A stretch of 63,722 nt of DNA, the filler included, from Aduncisulcus paluster (taxonomy: Eukaryota), in NCBI GenBank assembly GCA_024181965.1. It is 7 parts of 7 records of this genome, joined end to end, with 100 filler letters (N's around TTAATTAATTAA, not from the genome) between each part and the next. Parts side by side here need not be neighbours in the genome. Positions count along the whole stretch, not along the records: positions 28,399 to 41,522 come from BQXS01010993.1; positions 41,623 to 46,982 come from BQXS01010995.1; positions 47,083 to 51,962 come from BQXS01010996.1; 4 more parts are not named here. One strand, given 5' to 3'. The notes below the pieces were generated by a model. The model saw only the letters and a program-made list of their open reading frames with translations. It was not told the DNA's origin and made no database searches. Positions 34,655 through 47,825 of the stretch are shown piece after piece. Positions within the stretch are counted from its first letter, which is position 1. Each line of letters begins with the position of its first letter. Made by a program: the position numbers and the translations under genes.

Positions 34655-37600
34655 ATGTCATATTCTCAAACTATCACACTTGAAAATTTCACGGAAGAAA
34701 TTAACAAACAAATTGAAGATGAAAACAAAGCTAGAGAACGATCAACATTATTATCAAAGCAACAAGAATTGGCAAAGATCTCATTTCAACTGAAACAAAT
34801 ACAAAATGAGATAGAAAAAACAGATTATGGATCAAAAAAATACAAAGCCCTCTCAAAAAGAGAGGATAATCTTCTTACAAAAAAAAGTGAATTGACTCAA
34901 ACTATAAGAGAAATACAAACAATCTCAAAAGACAAAGAAACAAAATCGGACGATTTAACATTTGATATGGGATTTACTGGCGCTCTTGATGCTCTACAAC
35001 ATATTGAAAAAGATGCCACTCCCGAAAAAAAAGGCCAAGAGACACATATACCCATTATTTCATCAATATCCACCCCACATATTTCCTCTAAATTCACAAA
35101 GGATGATCATACTTTAGCTGAATCAAAAGAATCTGAACCTTCTCCGGTCGTTTCTGATTCTTCTGTTCCACCAACAAAACAAATATTTGAAGGTCAAAAA
35201 AAGTCTTTATTAACAATAGCTCCATCGCCCTCATTATCTGTTTTCTCTTCTTCTCTTTCATTCAATGATGACTTCCTTGGTGCGTCCTTCTCCGAAAAGA
35301 TACAACGTGTTATCCGGCTTAACAACCGCTTGTACTCCCTTCTTAGAGATATTCGTATCTATGATTGGGCTTTATGTGAGGAATCTGATGCCATTATTGA
35401 TCAAGAGTGGAATGTTCGATTGAGTGGGTCCATCTGCCAACGAATCGAACTCTTCCTTTCTGGACAAACAGATGACGAAGAGGAGGAAGAGGAAGAGGAG
35501 GAAGAGGAAGAGGAAGAGGACGAGGAAGAGGAAGGGATAGAGAAGAGAATGGATGAGCATCTTTCAGATATTTCAGATGATCATTATCTTCAATCAAATT
35601 CTCATATATATCCATCAGAATCGAATATAGCGTCATCAAGTAAGCAATCCAAAGAGAATGATGATGATTTGTACGTGTTTGAAGAGGACTCTAGCTCAGA
35701 ATCTGAGAGAAAGAAACTCCCTCCAAGACCAAAGAAATCCATTCCAAAACAATCCTCTAAGTCAAGTATGGATACCCTTGTTAATGAGGAATCGAGTCTT
35801 GATGTTATCGATGAAGAGAAAGAGAGGTCTTCGATAAATCCAATTTTATTTCAATTCCATAATCCTGTTTCCATCATCAAAGCGGCCAGATACATCTGTA
35901 TTGAGGAAGTCGAGGATGAAGAAGAAGAGGAACTCGGCCAAGTGATGGCTCGAGACGGTCAGCATGTTCTTCCTGAATCGGGTCTTCCAGAGAATTATCA
36001 AAATCACTTGTTCTCTTCCCTATCTCCTCAAACTTTATATTCTTCATCAATTCCTCGGTTAATATATATGCATCTATTTTCGTACCAGGTGATCGGTGTG
36101 AGATGGCTCCTTTCATTGTTCAAGAGCAACCAAGGTGGAGTTCTTGCTGATGTTATGGGTCTTGGAAAAACGATTCAAATATGCTCCTTCTTGTGTTCGC
36201 TTCATCTCATGAAAAGGTGTGGAACATGGTTACTTGTTGCTCCTTCCACTCTCCTATCTCAGTGGTACTCTGAGCTCTCTCGATGGTGTCCGTATGCTCG
36301 GTGCATCATTATCCATTCACAGCTTAAACACTCTCAACTCGATAGCACCATACAACGAAAGAAGAAAGAACTCGGATACGTCCATAAATTCAGATCTGTG
36401 GGCGGATGGACTGTCTCATCTGGTGGGCAACGTGGGGGACGATTGAAGTTCGGAACAGGACAATCGTCCTCCAGAACTGCTTCTGTCGCCTTTAATCGGT
36501 CATCATCTTCATCAGCAAAATCGTCATCCTTTGAATCCATGCGATCTGAGAAAACCATGGAGTGGCTGGGTTATGTTCTTGAGCATGTGAAGACTTGGCA
36601 ACAACGTGATTCGATGGCTCCTTGTGTATGTATTGTTTCATATAAACTCTTATCGTTATATTGCGATTTCTTTTGTGGTATTACTTGGAATGGGGTTGTG
36701 TTCGATGAAGGTCACATCCTTCGAACACCCAATACTTATGCTTTCGAGGCTGCAACGGCCATTCGTTGTCCCAGAAAATATGTTGTCACGGCTAGCCCTG
36801 TTCAAAATGGGCTGGATGATTTGTGGGGCATTTTCTGTGTTGTGAAGCCTTCTCTCCTCGGGAATCGAATCAATTTCACTCGTGATGTGGTTGTCCCCAT
36901 TCAAATGAGCAAGCAGAGCAAGGCCACGGCCATGCATCTCAGAGCTGGAGTGGCCTGTGCCGTGATGCTCAAGAACTTGATCCAACCTCATTTCATGCGA
37001 AGGACGAAGAGTGTTGTGGCATCTGAGATTCCTCCAAAGAGGGATATAATCATGCGAATTCCATTGACCAAATATCAGGAAAGATTGTACCTCAACGTTC
37101 TTAAAGAACCAGCTGTGGAGAAGATGAGGATGAAGACAGAGAGAATGAAAGAGTCCGCTGGTTTTGACACCATAGTTCGGGAAGGGACTCGTCGGGAGGC
37201 GGGGGAGAAAGGAGAATCTGGATTTAGTGTTTTAGGTGGCCTCATTGCTCGTCTTCGGCATATTTGTAACCACCCTGATATCCTTTCAGCTCGAGAGAAT
37301 AGTTATTTAAAATTGTCAGAATCTTATGGAGATCCCATCAGAAGTTGTAAATTACAAGTATTATTGGATTTGATTGATAATTGGACAAAGCAAGGACATA
37401 AAATCCTTGTGTTTTCGCAGCTTGTGAGTTCACTTGACATTATTCAAAAGTCAGTTGTTGAAAGAGGTCATACGATATTCCGTCTCGATGGAAGCGTTGC
37501 TGCAAAAGATAGGGCCAAGATCGTTGCTCAATTCAGTACCTCCAAGGTCAACCCGTCAAATACAAATCGTCGTGTCTGGGTGCCCTCCTTGGATGATCTT

Positions 37601-39561
37601 GAGGAATGGAATGGTGATGATGATGATGAAGAAGAAAGTGATGTTGAAAAAGATCTTAGAAAAAGAATGCAACAGATAGAATATGAAAAGACTCAACTTT
37701 TGGGGGAGGATTCACTGGCAGATACGTCTATTCCAACACATCATATACACTCAACTGCAACAATGGAGAAGACCGTTTCAACAACAACACNNNNNNNNNN
37801 NNNNNNNNNNTCAACCCGTCAAATACAAATCGTCGTGTCTGGGTGCCCTCCTTGGATGATCTTGAGGAATGGAATGGTGATGATGATGATGAAGAAGAAA
37901 GTGATGTTGAAAAAGATCTTAGAAAAAGAATGCAACAGATAGAATATGAAAAGACTCAACTTTTGGGGGAGGATTCACTGGCAGATACGTCTATTCCAAC
38001 ACATCATATACACTCAACTGCAACAATGGAGAAGACCGTTTCAACAACAACACGTTCCCATCAATCTGTTTCCATCCAAGACGAAGAGTTGAACCAAGGA
38101 CTTGGATATGAATCATCCGATGAGAGTGATCCATCTGTATTCTCTTTTGGTGATGAGTCGAAGCATCGAAGAAGATCTGATCAATCGAGCTCTTCTTCTT
38201 CCTCTTCCACTGAAACGATTGATGATATTGAGTCTATTTCTGATAATGCTCCCTCGAAGGAGAAACTTTTCACATCAACTGTTTCAAAATCATCAAGTTC
38301 TATTAAAACAGAAGACGTTGGTTCAAATCCCCCTAAGCCCACTTTTCGTCGTTCTAAGAAGAAAATCCACCGAGTACAACCCCAAGGACATTTTGAGATG
38401 CAATCTTTCTCAAGTGGCGGGGTTGTTTTCCTTCTAACAACACGTGTGGGCGGTGTTGGGTTGAATTTGACCAGTGCTAGTAAGACTGTAATTTATGATC
38501 CGTCTTGGAATCCGTCAGTTGACGAGCAAGCCATGGAAAGATGCTGGAGACTAGGTCAAAGCAAGAACGTGGAAATTGTACGTTTGCTAACTGCGGGAAC
38601 GATGGAGGAAAAAGTCTTTAGAAAACAAATAGAGAAGACTGTCTTGATAAATACGATATTAAAAGATCCAAGGAGCAAAAAGATGCTCAAGGGAACTGGA
38701 AATCGTTCATTATTCACATACACTCCTTCGGTTATTAAGGAATCCGATAAACCTAATCCTGATGATAGGAAAGCTATCAAGAAGGAGCAAAAACAGCGTT
38801 TAGATGGATCCAAGAGACATATTAATGTCAAACCTCAACATAAGAATGTAATTCCCAGTGCTTCAAGAAGGATGAAAGATTCTTCTACCGCTCAAGATAC
38901 TATTCGTCATTCACAAAGTGGAGAGAGCAGTCATTCCCCTGTTGCTTCCTCTCCCTTTGTGATTGGTAAGCGTAGATGTCTTATTGAGTCTCGACTCGAC
39001 ACTGTGACCCAAGGTCCAGCCGAGGGAGAAGATGGGACCCTTTCAATGTTGATCGCCAAGGATAATATAGATTCTGATACTCTAAAGTGGGCACAAGATG
39101 TCGTTGAAGGAAAGTCAATTATGGTGACTTCGACAGAATCTCAGGATTCCACTGAACTGGTGGTTGCAAAGAGAGCTCTTGGTGTGCTCGATTGGAAATC
39201 GCAACATCGTCAAACTCTTTCGTTGGTGTTTAAAAAGGAGAAAGAGATGAAGAAGAAAGAGATTATCCGTGGTGCAGATGTCATTGAAGCTCTCCTTGCA
39301 AAGAAACAGAAACCCCAGACCGTGTCAACAAAGAGAAGAACATTGGCGAGCATGACGAGTGATGTAGATAGGGTGAAGTATATCAAGGATAAACTAATGG
39401 ATTTATTCTATGCTGGATCGGTGGCTGTCTCCGAGATATTGGGTGCTTTCTCAGAAATAAGGAGAGAAAAGGACAAGCAATTGCTGAGATTCATGTTAAA
39501 TGAACTCGCTGAGCGTCAAGGGAAAATTTGGATTTTAAAGGATCAATATAAGCCAAAGTAA
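34655..39561 (+). CDS. RAD26: SNF2-family DNA translocase CSB/RAD26 (ERCC6)
   Basis: GGVLADVMGLGKTIQ, DEGH, LRHICNHPD, LVFSQ, LLTTRVGGVGLNLT, YDPSWNPSVDEQAMERCWRLGQ, and a CSB-type C-terminal winged helix ending in WILK. The two ORFs join across the gap overlap 37548-37790 = 37811-38053. Confidence 0.88.
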
Positions 39562-39655
39562 CTATTAATTAATTATTAATTACATACCTTATTGATCTGG
39601 ATTAGCATATTTATAATATTCATTGAATATTATTCAATTAGAGTAAAACAATGCT

Positions 39656-40394
39656 ATTTTTAGCCCTTTAGTTTCTCACCCCAAAATAAATCATATTGTT
39701 TCCGACCACCAGCACACGTCCTTGTGCCATTTCATGATGTCTATTCTGGTGGACTCAAAGGATGACAATATGATATGGGCAGATTTAATAATGCTTTTAT
39801 ACATTCCATACAAACACACACTCTGTCTCTCTCATCCTTACAATGGACAGCCGGTTGTCAGAAGGGTGCCAGAAGGGTGCCAGAAGGGTGCCAGAAGGGT
39901 GCCAGATGGCTACAACCGTTTCTCAACGGCTTGTTTGACACAGTGTAGCCACTGCTCGACTTCCTTCTTCACTCCCTCGTCACCAAGATCAGCCATCACT
40001 CGCTCAACCTCTTTCCTCAATGCTTCCCAGAGAACAAGCAGTGGCGACTTTTCTTGACTTTCATACCGCGCAGCCACAGAGTCTCGGTGTGCCTTCGAGG
40101 ACAATCTCTCGATCATGTCCAACAAGGTCGTGGCAATGGGCTGAGACACACCGGTCACAAGCATCACACGTGCGAGCGCAGCATGTGCTTCCATGGACGG
40201 ACGGTGGGAGGAGAAGGAGAAGTGAGTGGATGCGAGCAGACAGCGGAGCACACGTACATATGACGAGGACAGAAAGGAGTGTGACATGTCCTTGAGAAGA
40301 CATTCCTCCAGGGACGCAAGCTCGAAAGAGGACTCGTCAACACGGTAGGATGTGGTGAGATGGACAAATGTCGACATGATGTCCTGCTTAACAC
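39656..40394 (-). repeat. Dispersed repeat, inner right copy (inverted relative to the 28399 copy)
   Basis: Reverse complement of about 28512-29300. It ends at the 20-N gap and encodes the same protein C-terminus (39910-40377). Confidence 0.93.
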
Positions 40395-40414
40395 NNNNNN
40401 NNNNNNNNNNNNNN

Positions 40415-41522
40415 TACTAAAAAAGAAGTTCTTTTAAAGAACGATATCATATTTGATAACCCAAATAAATTCTCTATCTAGATCGAAGACAGCTTATTGC
40501 ATAAGGCTTATTGGGATATTTTTAGCCCTTTAGTTTCTCACCCCAAAATAAATCATATTGTTTCCGACCACCAGCACACGTCCTTGTGCCATTTCATGAT
40601 GTCTATTCTGGTGGACTCAAAGGATGACAATATGATATGGGCAGATTTAATAATGCTTTTATACATTCCATACAAACACACACTCTGTCTCTCTCATCCT
40701 TACAATGGACAGCCGGTTGTCAGAAGGGTGCCAGAAGGGTGCCAGAAGGGTGCCAGAAGGGTGCCAGATGGCTACAACCGTTTCTCAACGGCTTGTTTGA
40801 CACAGTGTAGCCACTGCTCGACTTCCTTCTTCACTCCCTCGTCACCAAGATCAGCCATCACTCGCTCAACCTCTTTCCTCAATGCTTCCCAGAGAACAAG
40901 CAGTGGCGACTTTTCTTGACTTTCATACCGCGCAGCCACAGAGTCTCGGTGTGCCTTCGAGGACAATCTCTCGATCATGTCCAACAAGGTCGTGGCAATG
41001 GGCTGAGACACACCGGTCACAAGCATCACACGTGCGAGCGCAGCATGTGCTTCCATGGACGGACGGTGGGAGGAGAAGGAGAAGTGAGTGGATGCGAGCA
41101 GACAGCGGAGCACACGTACATATGACGAGGACAGAAAGGAGTGTGACATGTCCTTGAGAAGACATTCCTCCAGGGACGCAAGCTCGAAAGAGGACTCGTC
41201 AACACGGTAGGATGTGGTGAGATGGACAAATGTCGACATGATGTCCTGCTTAACACGGGTTTGTTCAAGCGGACTCGTATGGGGCGACGAGAGAAGGAGG
41301 AAGAGAAGGCGAAGATGGAAAGATTGGGGGAAATTGGAGGAGAATAGAAGCATCAGCTCAATGTATTCGTTGAACAACGCAGTGTCTTCCATTTGAAGGG
41401 ATTTGACAAGCGAGTCAAAGAAGAAGACATTGCTGGAAAAGGGAGTTATCATGGAACAGATGTATTCAAGAAGCTCGAAGATAATCGGTACAGAAACACT
41501 CCTCGCAAAACAGAATTCAAAC
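40415..41522 (-). repeat. Dispersed repeat, outer right copy, carrying a 5'-partial CDS at 40772-41522
   Basis: Reverse complement of 28399-29402 plus 153 further coding bases. The frame is open to the scaffold end (FEFCFARSVSVPIIFELLEYICSMITP...). Confidence 0.93.
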
Positions 41523-41622
41523 NNNNNNNNNNNNNNNNNNNNNNNNNNNNNNNNNNNNNNNNNNNNTTAATTAATTAANNNNNNNNNNNNNNNNNNNNNN
41601 NNNNNNNNNNNNNNNNNNNNNN
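41523..41622. other. Artificial scaffold linker
   Basis: N44-TTAATTAATTAA-N44. Confidence 0.98.
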
Positions 41623-42211
41623 TGCTGGATAAAATACTCTTCGATTGACTGAGCTTAAGCTTTTCTTTTTGCAACTCACTTGTTTTACGCACAATATCGC
41701 TTTTAATTTGATCAACGCTTTCCAAAAACTTGTCTCGGGACTTTTTACCCTCTTCTTTTGCCATTTCAACCTTCTTAGCTTTGCCTTCTTTGATCGATTT
41801 GACAGTGTCTGAAAAAACCCGGTCAGCTTCTTTAATTTTTGCTTGTATGTCTTTTATATCAACTAATATTCGTTTAAGATCTTTTGAGCATTTGGATTCC
41901 TTCTTTGCCATTTGAGAATACGTCTCTTTAAGTTCTTTCTTTTTTGCTTCACGCTCTTCTACGACGCTTGTGAGTCGAATGATCTCCGCACCGGTTGCAT
42001 CTTCAGTGGACAACTCGGCCAATTGACTTTTTAATGAACTGAGTTCCAAAAGAAATCTGGATTCAATATCGAGAAAACTCTTTTCATATGAAGCGGCTAT
42101 CTCAGATTCTTTTTCTAAAATTCTATCAATCTCTTCACTCATTTTACGAGGCTCCTCAATTCTTCTTGCTCGAAGGAATCTTAAGGCGCGAGCAGTTTCC
42201 CTATAATCCAT
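41623..42211 (-). CDS. Coiled-coil hypothetical protein, 3'-partial
   Basis: K/E/L-rich heptad ORF from ATG at 42211, open to the scaffold edge. Confidence 0.75.
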
Positions 42212-42512
42212 TTTGTGCTAGCGTTGGATATCTGAAATAAAATAATGGAATTATGAAATAAAGATAATTTAATGTCCAAAATAATTTGAAAGACAAGGGA
42301 AAATATATTAATTGTTACAAAATGCGGGCAGATTTGCATAAATTTCGCATGCAATTGATATGGCAAAATATAACGGATTTGAAGCGAACAAAAAAGCATA
42401 AAACAACATTTAAAATGAATTCATTAAAACGACATTACGTTATATCCTCTATGTCGCACGCATGGTTAATTTCATTTGGTGATGAGTTTTGGATTCAATT
42501 CTAAAATATATT

Positions 42513-44567
42513 ATGGAATCAATTGGTTTAAAACCTAACAATCCCAGGATAGTGGGGGCGTTGATGTGCATTCTGGCTCTTTTTTCATATTTTCAAGAGG
42601 AAGACATTTTAAATCGTTACTGTATTGCTATATCTTTCATATTATTGATATTAATTTATTTGCTTCCTTTCAATAACTTATCTTTTACGAGAATTCATAA
42701 TTTTCGTGGCTCTGCCAATGGGTATCATGATTGTTTAGTTAGTATTCCTCTTTTGCTTTTATCTCTTTCTCATGTCTATAAACAAAATATATATTCAATG
42801 TCTGATTCAAATTATGATTCAGAATGGAATTTTTATATCTTATCTCTTCAGTCTTGTGGAATTATTGCTCTTTGTGTCTCAATAAGTATTTTTTTAACAC
42901 AATTATTAACTTATCATTCCGGAATGAAGTGGTATATTGCTGATATGTTCGTTTCTATTGCTCAATATTTCTTTTGGAAAGAGTCTTTGAAGAAGGTTGA
43001 GTTTAATCCATTTTTTCAGTTGCTTAATTCTAATTTATTCTATTTTGAACTTAAAATCGATATCGCCAAGAACTTTAATTTATTTTTTGCGGTTATTTCG
43101 TTTATATCCCCATTTATTCTTCAGTTCCTCTCTTCCCCCCTCTCTTTTTCCCCGGGTGAAGGAGTAATTTGGACCTCAGCTCTCGTTTTATCCATTTTTG
43201 AGTTGATAATTTGTGTTTTTGGATCAGTTCAATACTTGGTAAGCACAAATATCAGTGATAATAGTAACCCATCTCCTCCATTCTCGATATCTCCTTCCTT
43301 TCATGTGTTAATATTCTGTTTGGCTTCATTTTGTTGTATAACTTTGCTTGTATGTATTGAAGGACGGTTTGAACAACGTCGTATCACCCGAGTACTTGAG
43401 AAAAGGGCATCCAAACAGAATGTATCTTCTCACCAATCTATTTCTGGCTCGTCTGTTTCTTCCAACAACGCTTCTCCATCCCCTTCCGTGTCAAGATCCA
43501 TGCATATTCCTTCTAATAAGTTAAACTATGCCAAGAATACGTATTTCCAGAACACTATCTTTGAAGAAGAGAGAACCTTGGGTCGTCGCATCTTTAGATT
43601 AATTTCTCTTTATCTTGTTATGTTCTTTATTCTTTCATGTACCACATTTTGCATTGGAGTGTATTTAATTGAATTAAATATTAATGATAACAATGATTAT
43701 TCTTTACAAATTTTCGATATTTCCACCTCACTTTCATTATTTTTACAATTCTTATGGTCGCTATCCTGCAATCTAATATCAGTGATATTCGATCAAACCA
43801 GTCTGTATGTTTTATTTTTATGGTTTGCAGTGTGTGTCGTAGCCATTTCCACAACTATCATCCACGTCCAAATACACAATAATAACCAAGGTCATTTTTC
43901 AAAGACTGGATATTCTAATGATTCCTCACAACTTAATGGAAGGAAACAAATGCTTGGGAGAAATATGTGGATCCAATACATCCCAAAATGGCTCATGAGA
44001 AAGATGATGCATTTGTGGATATTCTTGATTTTCATATTTGGAGTCGATTTCCCATTATTAGTTGCAATAGCTGGAACAGTTGTGTTCATGATGTTTATGT
44101 TTTTTGAGGTGGCAAGGCATAATCGACTGCTGCATGCTTCTGGAAGTCTCCTTTCAACTCTCTCTCGTTCTTTCTCAAGTTTAACAGATGAGAAAGATAT
44201 GGATTTCGCTCTATCCCACATATATCTCCTTATAGCCGCCCTTCTTCCCCTTACTTTGGCTTCAAATAGTGAATTTATGAAGTGGACAGGTGTTATTTCT
44301 GTTGTGATAGGTGATGGAATGGCAGCAATCGGAGGGATAATGGCAAGAAACAGGAAAATACTGCCATCACAAAACCACGGTCCATCGTTGGCTGGATTTA
44401 TGTGTTTCTTTTGCGCGTCTTTGTTGGCTTCTGTGTGTTGTGGAATCGGTTTGATTCCAAGTCTTCTATGCTCCTTTTTGTGTGCGAGTCTTGAATATTT
44501 TACCGTTCAAAATGATAATCTTATACTTTGGATTTATGCATCGATATTCATTAATTATTCACATTAG
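42513..44567 (+). CDS. SEC59: Dolichol kinase (CTP-dependent, polytopic membrane protein)
   Basis: Multi-TM protein with RKMMHL, TDEKD...LSHIYLLIAALLPL, GVISVVIGDGMAAIGG, SLAG and LEYFTVQNDNLIL, the DOLK/Sec59 signature motifs. Confidence 0.92.
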   Translation: MESIGLKPNNPRIVGALMCILALFSYFQEEDILNRYCIAISFILLILIYLLPFNNLSFTRIHNFRGSANGYHDCLVSIPLLLLSLSHVYKQNIYSMSDSNYDSEWNFYILSLQSCGIIALCVSISIFLTQLLTYHSGMKWYIADMFVSIAQYFFWKESLKKVEFNPFFQLLNSNLFYFELKIDIAKNFNLFFAVISFISPFILQFLSSPLSFSPGEGVIWTSALVLSIFELIICVFGSVQYLVSTNISDNSNPSPPFSISPSFHVLIFCLASFCCITLLVCIEGRFEQRRITRVLEKRASKQNVSSHQSISGSSVSSNNASPSPSVSRSMHIPSNKLNYAKNTYFQNTIFEEERTLGRRIFRLISLYLVMFFILSCTTFCIGVYLIELNINDNNDYSLQIFDISTSLSLFLQFLWSLSCNLISVIFDQTSLYVLFLWFAVCVVAISTTIIHVQIHNNNQGHFSKTGYSNDSSQLNGRKQMLGRNMWIQYIPKWLMRKMMHLWIFLIFIFGVDFPLLVAIAGTVVFMMFMFFEVARHNRLLHASGSLLSTLSRSFSSLTDEKDMDFALSHIYLLIAALLPLTLASNSEFMKWTGVISVVIGDGMAAIGGIMARNRKILPSQNHGPSLAGFMCFFCASLLASVCCGIGLIPSLLCSFLCASLEYFTVQNDNLILWIYASIFINYSH

Positions 44568-44773
44568 GCCCTGGCAGGGAGAGAAATAAAGAATTTTACC
44601 TGCGACAATAATAGAATCAAAATAATTCGAAATTATCATAATTTCAAGTATAGTATATGTAATTGATCTTATTAAAAGTACAATAAAATTTGAAATGACC
44701 CCAATAATTTTCGAGGCTCGTTCTTGCTCCTCATAAACCCTTGATATTATTTTACGTTTAATTTTGCAAATTA

Positions 44774-46982
44774 ATGTTCCCCGTGCAACATAGAAAAGGG
44801 GATTTTGATCAAAAATTTCTTCGAGAATTGGAGAATGCTATAAGTCGAATAGAACCCCTTATTGGCGTTGATATTAAGATAGCTGAAGGTTTGGCATACC
44901 TTTCAGATCCTTTATTATACATAAATCTTCTTGTTTCATCTGGATTTGATATGGATGGTGATGATTTCGACCTGGATGATGAAAGTGTCGAAAATAAGAT
45001 TGAAAATTTCAAAATTCTTTATTCAAAATGCTTAGAAATGAAAATTCGTACTATTCCCGAACTCAATTATGAAGGGATCGTTGCTTCAAACTGGTCTGAC
45101 ATATCAACTCTTTTATATCCTTTACTTGATGTATGTGAGCAAACATTAGCCGCGACTGAAGAATGCCAAACTCCTGCACAAGAGGCCAGACAAGTTAGAA
45201 TGCTTGTATTGCAGGTTATGCAACAAGAAAAAGAAATTAGTGAATTAAAGAAGAAAGTCGAAACTTCTTCCCGATTTGTTTCATCAGAAAACATGCAAGA
45301 TATTATTAGGAAAGTACAAAAAGAGCGCGATGAGGCCCGGCAGCGTGTAGAGGAGGAAACAAGACGTAGGGAAGAGCAACTAAAACATTCGAATAAGAGA
45401 GAATCCTCCCTTCGAAAACAATTGCTTTTGCTCCAAAAAGAGAAGAAACTGTTATCTGATGATCGTGATAGGCTTCAACATGCCATAGGAGGCAGTGGAA
45501 TCAGTCTTGAATCGAAATCTCCATCATCCCCTCCAGGTTCATATTCTTCCTATAATGATCCAGTCTCCCCCAATGCTCATTTATATTCCCCTTCTTCCAT
45601 TCGTTCCCATCGTTCCCATCTTCAATCACATACTCTTGGTGGTGTCTCTCGAGAAAGTGGACTCGGAGGGTCTTTGATGAAACCTCCAGGTGGGGGTGAT
45701 ATTCTGAGATCTGGCGACCCTTCTATTGCTGGAAATGAACTAGGAATGTCCACGCTGGGCCCTGATGGTCTGCGTACTCCTGGCATCAACACTCATGACT
45801 TGGATACTTCCTTATTGATGACTCAGCCATCACACCTGACCATCTATGACATTGACACAGATCACATTGGGAGTAATATTGAAGAAGAGGAAGAGGAGGA
45901 AGAGGAAGAGGAGGAAGAAGAAGAAGAGGGAAGAGAGGAAGAAGAGGAGGACGAAGCTTTGGATCAGAGGAAATTGAAGTTTGCAACAAAATTAAAACAC
46001 AACCCTTTGAAAGATGGCAGAAGAAAAAAAAGATCAAGGCCGAAGACATCAACGAAATCTCATCAAAGCAATGTTGGTGCTTCCCATCTTTCTCAGAGTT
46101 CCAGGATTAGACCATCCGATTTTAACGAAACCGGAGATGATGATTCTAGTTCTTCTGAAGCCAGAGATGAATATTCTTCGTCAGAATCCATTTCCTACTC
46201 ATCTTTTAATGAAGAGAATGGAGGGAAAGAGAATGGAGAGAAAGAGGAGATGAGAGTGTTGATTTTAAAGCTCCAGGCAGAAATAAGAGAAAAGAATTCT
46301 ATTATTGAAGAAAACAAACGACTTTTGGAAGAAATACAACTGGAAATATCTAAAACAAAGTCTCAACTCGAAGATTCTGAGAAAAGAAAAGGGGAAGTTA
46401 TTCAAAGCCTTCAAGACGAAAAAACTGTAATTTTGGAAGAAAAAAAGAAAGTAGAGGAAGAACTTGCATTGAGCATGGATATCAAAACCAAATATGAAAG
46501 TTTGGTGGAAAAACATCACGATGATACTCAAAGCCATCTGCAAGAGATTTCTTCCATAAAACAGGAACTTATGATTGAAAAAGGGAAGAATGAAAGCCTT
46601 TCAAAAGAATACGATGAAACTGTTAAATCTTTGTCCAGCATTCAAGATAAATTGATTGAATCGGAGTCGAGATTGACTGAATCGGAGTCGAGATTGACAG
46701 AAGCGGAGAAGAAAGAGTCCCAATTGCAGGCCCAACGGCTAGAAATGGAGAGACAGATAAGTGAAGAGAAAGGACAACTTTCTAAACAACGCATTGAGAT
46801 ATCAAAGCTAGAATCGAATATATTGGAAGAAAAAGAACGGTTACAAGCAAAAGAGAAGGAAATTGAGCAACAAAGGTCTGAGATTGCTAAAAAACTTGCA
46901 GAATTTGAAACCCAAGAGCAGGAAATTGAGAAAGAACTTGATGAATTGACTCATGCTCAGAGAGATTTCTCCAAGAAGAAGG
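44774..46982 (+). CDS. Long coiled-coil protein with a possible N-terminal calponin-homology-like domain, 3'-partial
   Basis: N-terminal LSDPLLYINLL...KIENFKIL...EGIVASNWSDISTLLYPL is CH-like. Two coiled-coil blocks are separated by a Ser/Glu-rich linker. Open to the scaffold end. Confidence 0.6.
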
Positions 46983-47082
46983 NNNNNNNNNNNNNNNNNN
47001 NNNNNNNNNNNNNNNNNNNNNNNNNNTTAATTAATTAANNNNNNNNNNNNNNNNNNNNNNNNNNNNNNNNNNNNNNNNNNNN
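46983..47082. other. Artificial scaffold linker
   Basis: N44-TTAATTAATTAA-N44. Confidence 0.98.
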
Positions 47083-47825
47083 CTGTAAGCCTGGACAAGG
47101 GTTCACAAACAGAAGAACAAGCTGGAATAAAGCTTCGAACAAAGTTCACCATACCCAAAAGACATTTCACATCTCGTTTACTGGAAGGGGTTCGGAGGTT
47201 CTCGATAGAGGAGATACGTCCAGGAGCAATCTGTTTTCCAGCACCGGAGATGGTATAACCAAGAAATTCTACTTCCTCAAATCCCAGGAAACATTTCTCA
47301 AAGTTGATTGACAATCCCTTCTTAGCACATCTGTCAAGTATAATCTCAAGATTATATAAGAATTCCTCTTCAGAACTACCAACGACCAAGATATCGTCCA
47401 TGTATATGACACATCTCTTCTCTTCCATCAAATCTCCAAATACAGATTGCATAATGTACTGAAAATGCGCGGGGGCATTCATAAGGCCAAAGGGCATACA
47501 AGTAAACTGAAAAATGCCGTCCGGGGTTCTGAAGGCTGTGAAGAGTTGGCAGTCAGGGTCGATCGGGATGAGGTGAAATCCATTTGAGAAATCAAGGGTA
47601 CCAAAAACAGTTCTTCCTTCTAGAGAGTCAAGGATTTCGTCTATTCTCGGCAGGGGGAATTGGAATGGGACAGTGATAGAATTTAGGACCCGATAATCAA
47701 TGCAGAGACGTTTCTTTCCGTTTTTCTTAGGGACAATCACTACGGGAGAATAAAAGGGACTCATGCTTGGTACAATGAGCCTTGCTTCCTTCAAGCGCTT
47801 GATTTCATCCTTCAAGAATCCTCTG
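47083..47825 (-). mobile_element. Ty3/Gypsy LTR-retrotransposon pol fragment (reverse transcriptase), interrupted by a second element
   Basis: SPFYSPVVIVPKKNGKKRLCIDYRVLN, PLPRIDEIL, MPFGLMNAPAHFQ, YMDDILV, VEFLGY. The coding frame (..RGFLKDEI) is cut at 47825/47826. Confidence 0.95.

Noticed and set aside
37548-38053. Tandem duplications at the 20-N gaps (also 8271-8644 and 16476-16891) as internal protein repeats
   Set aside because: Identical sequence on both sides of a fixed-size gap is the signature of unmerged contig overlaps.
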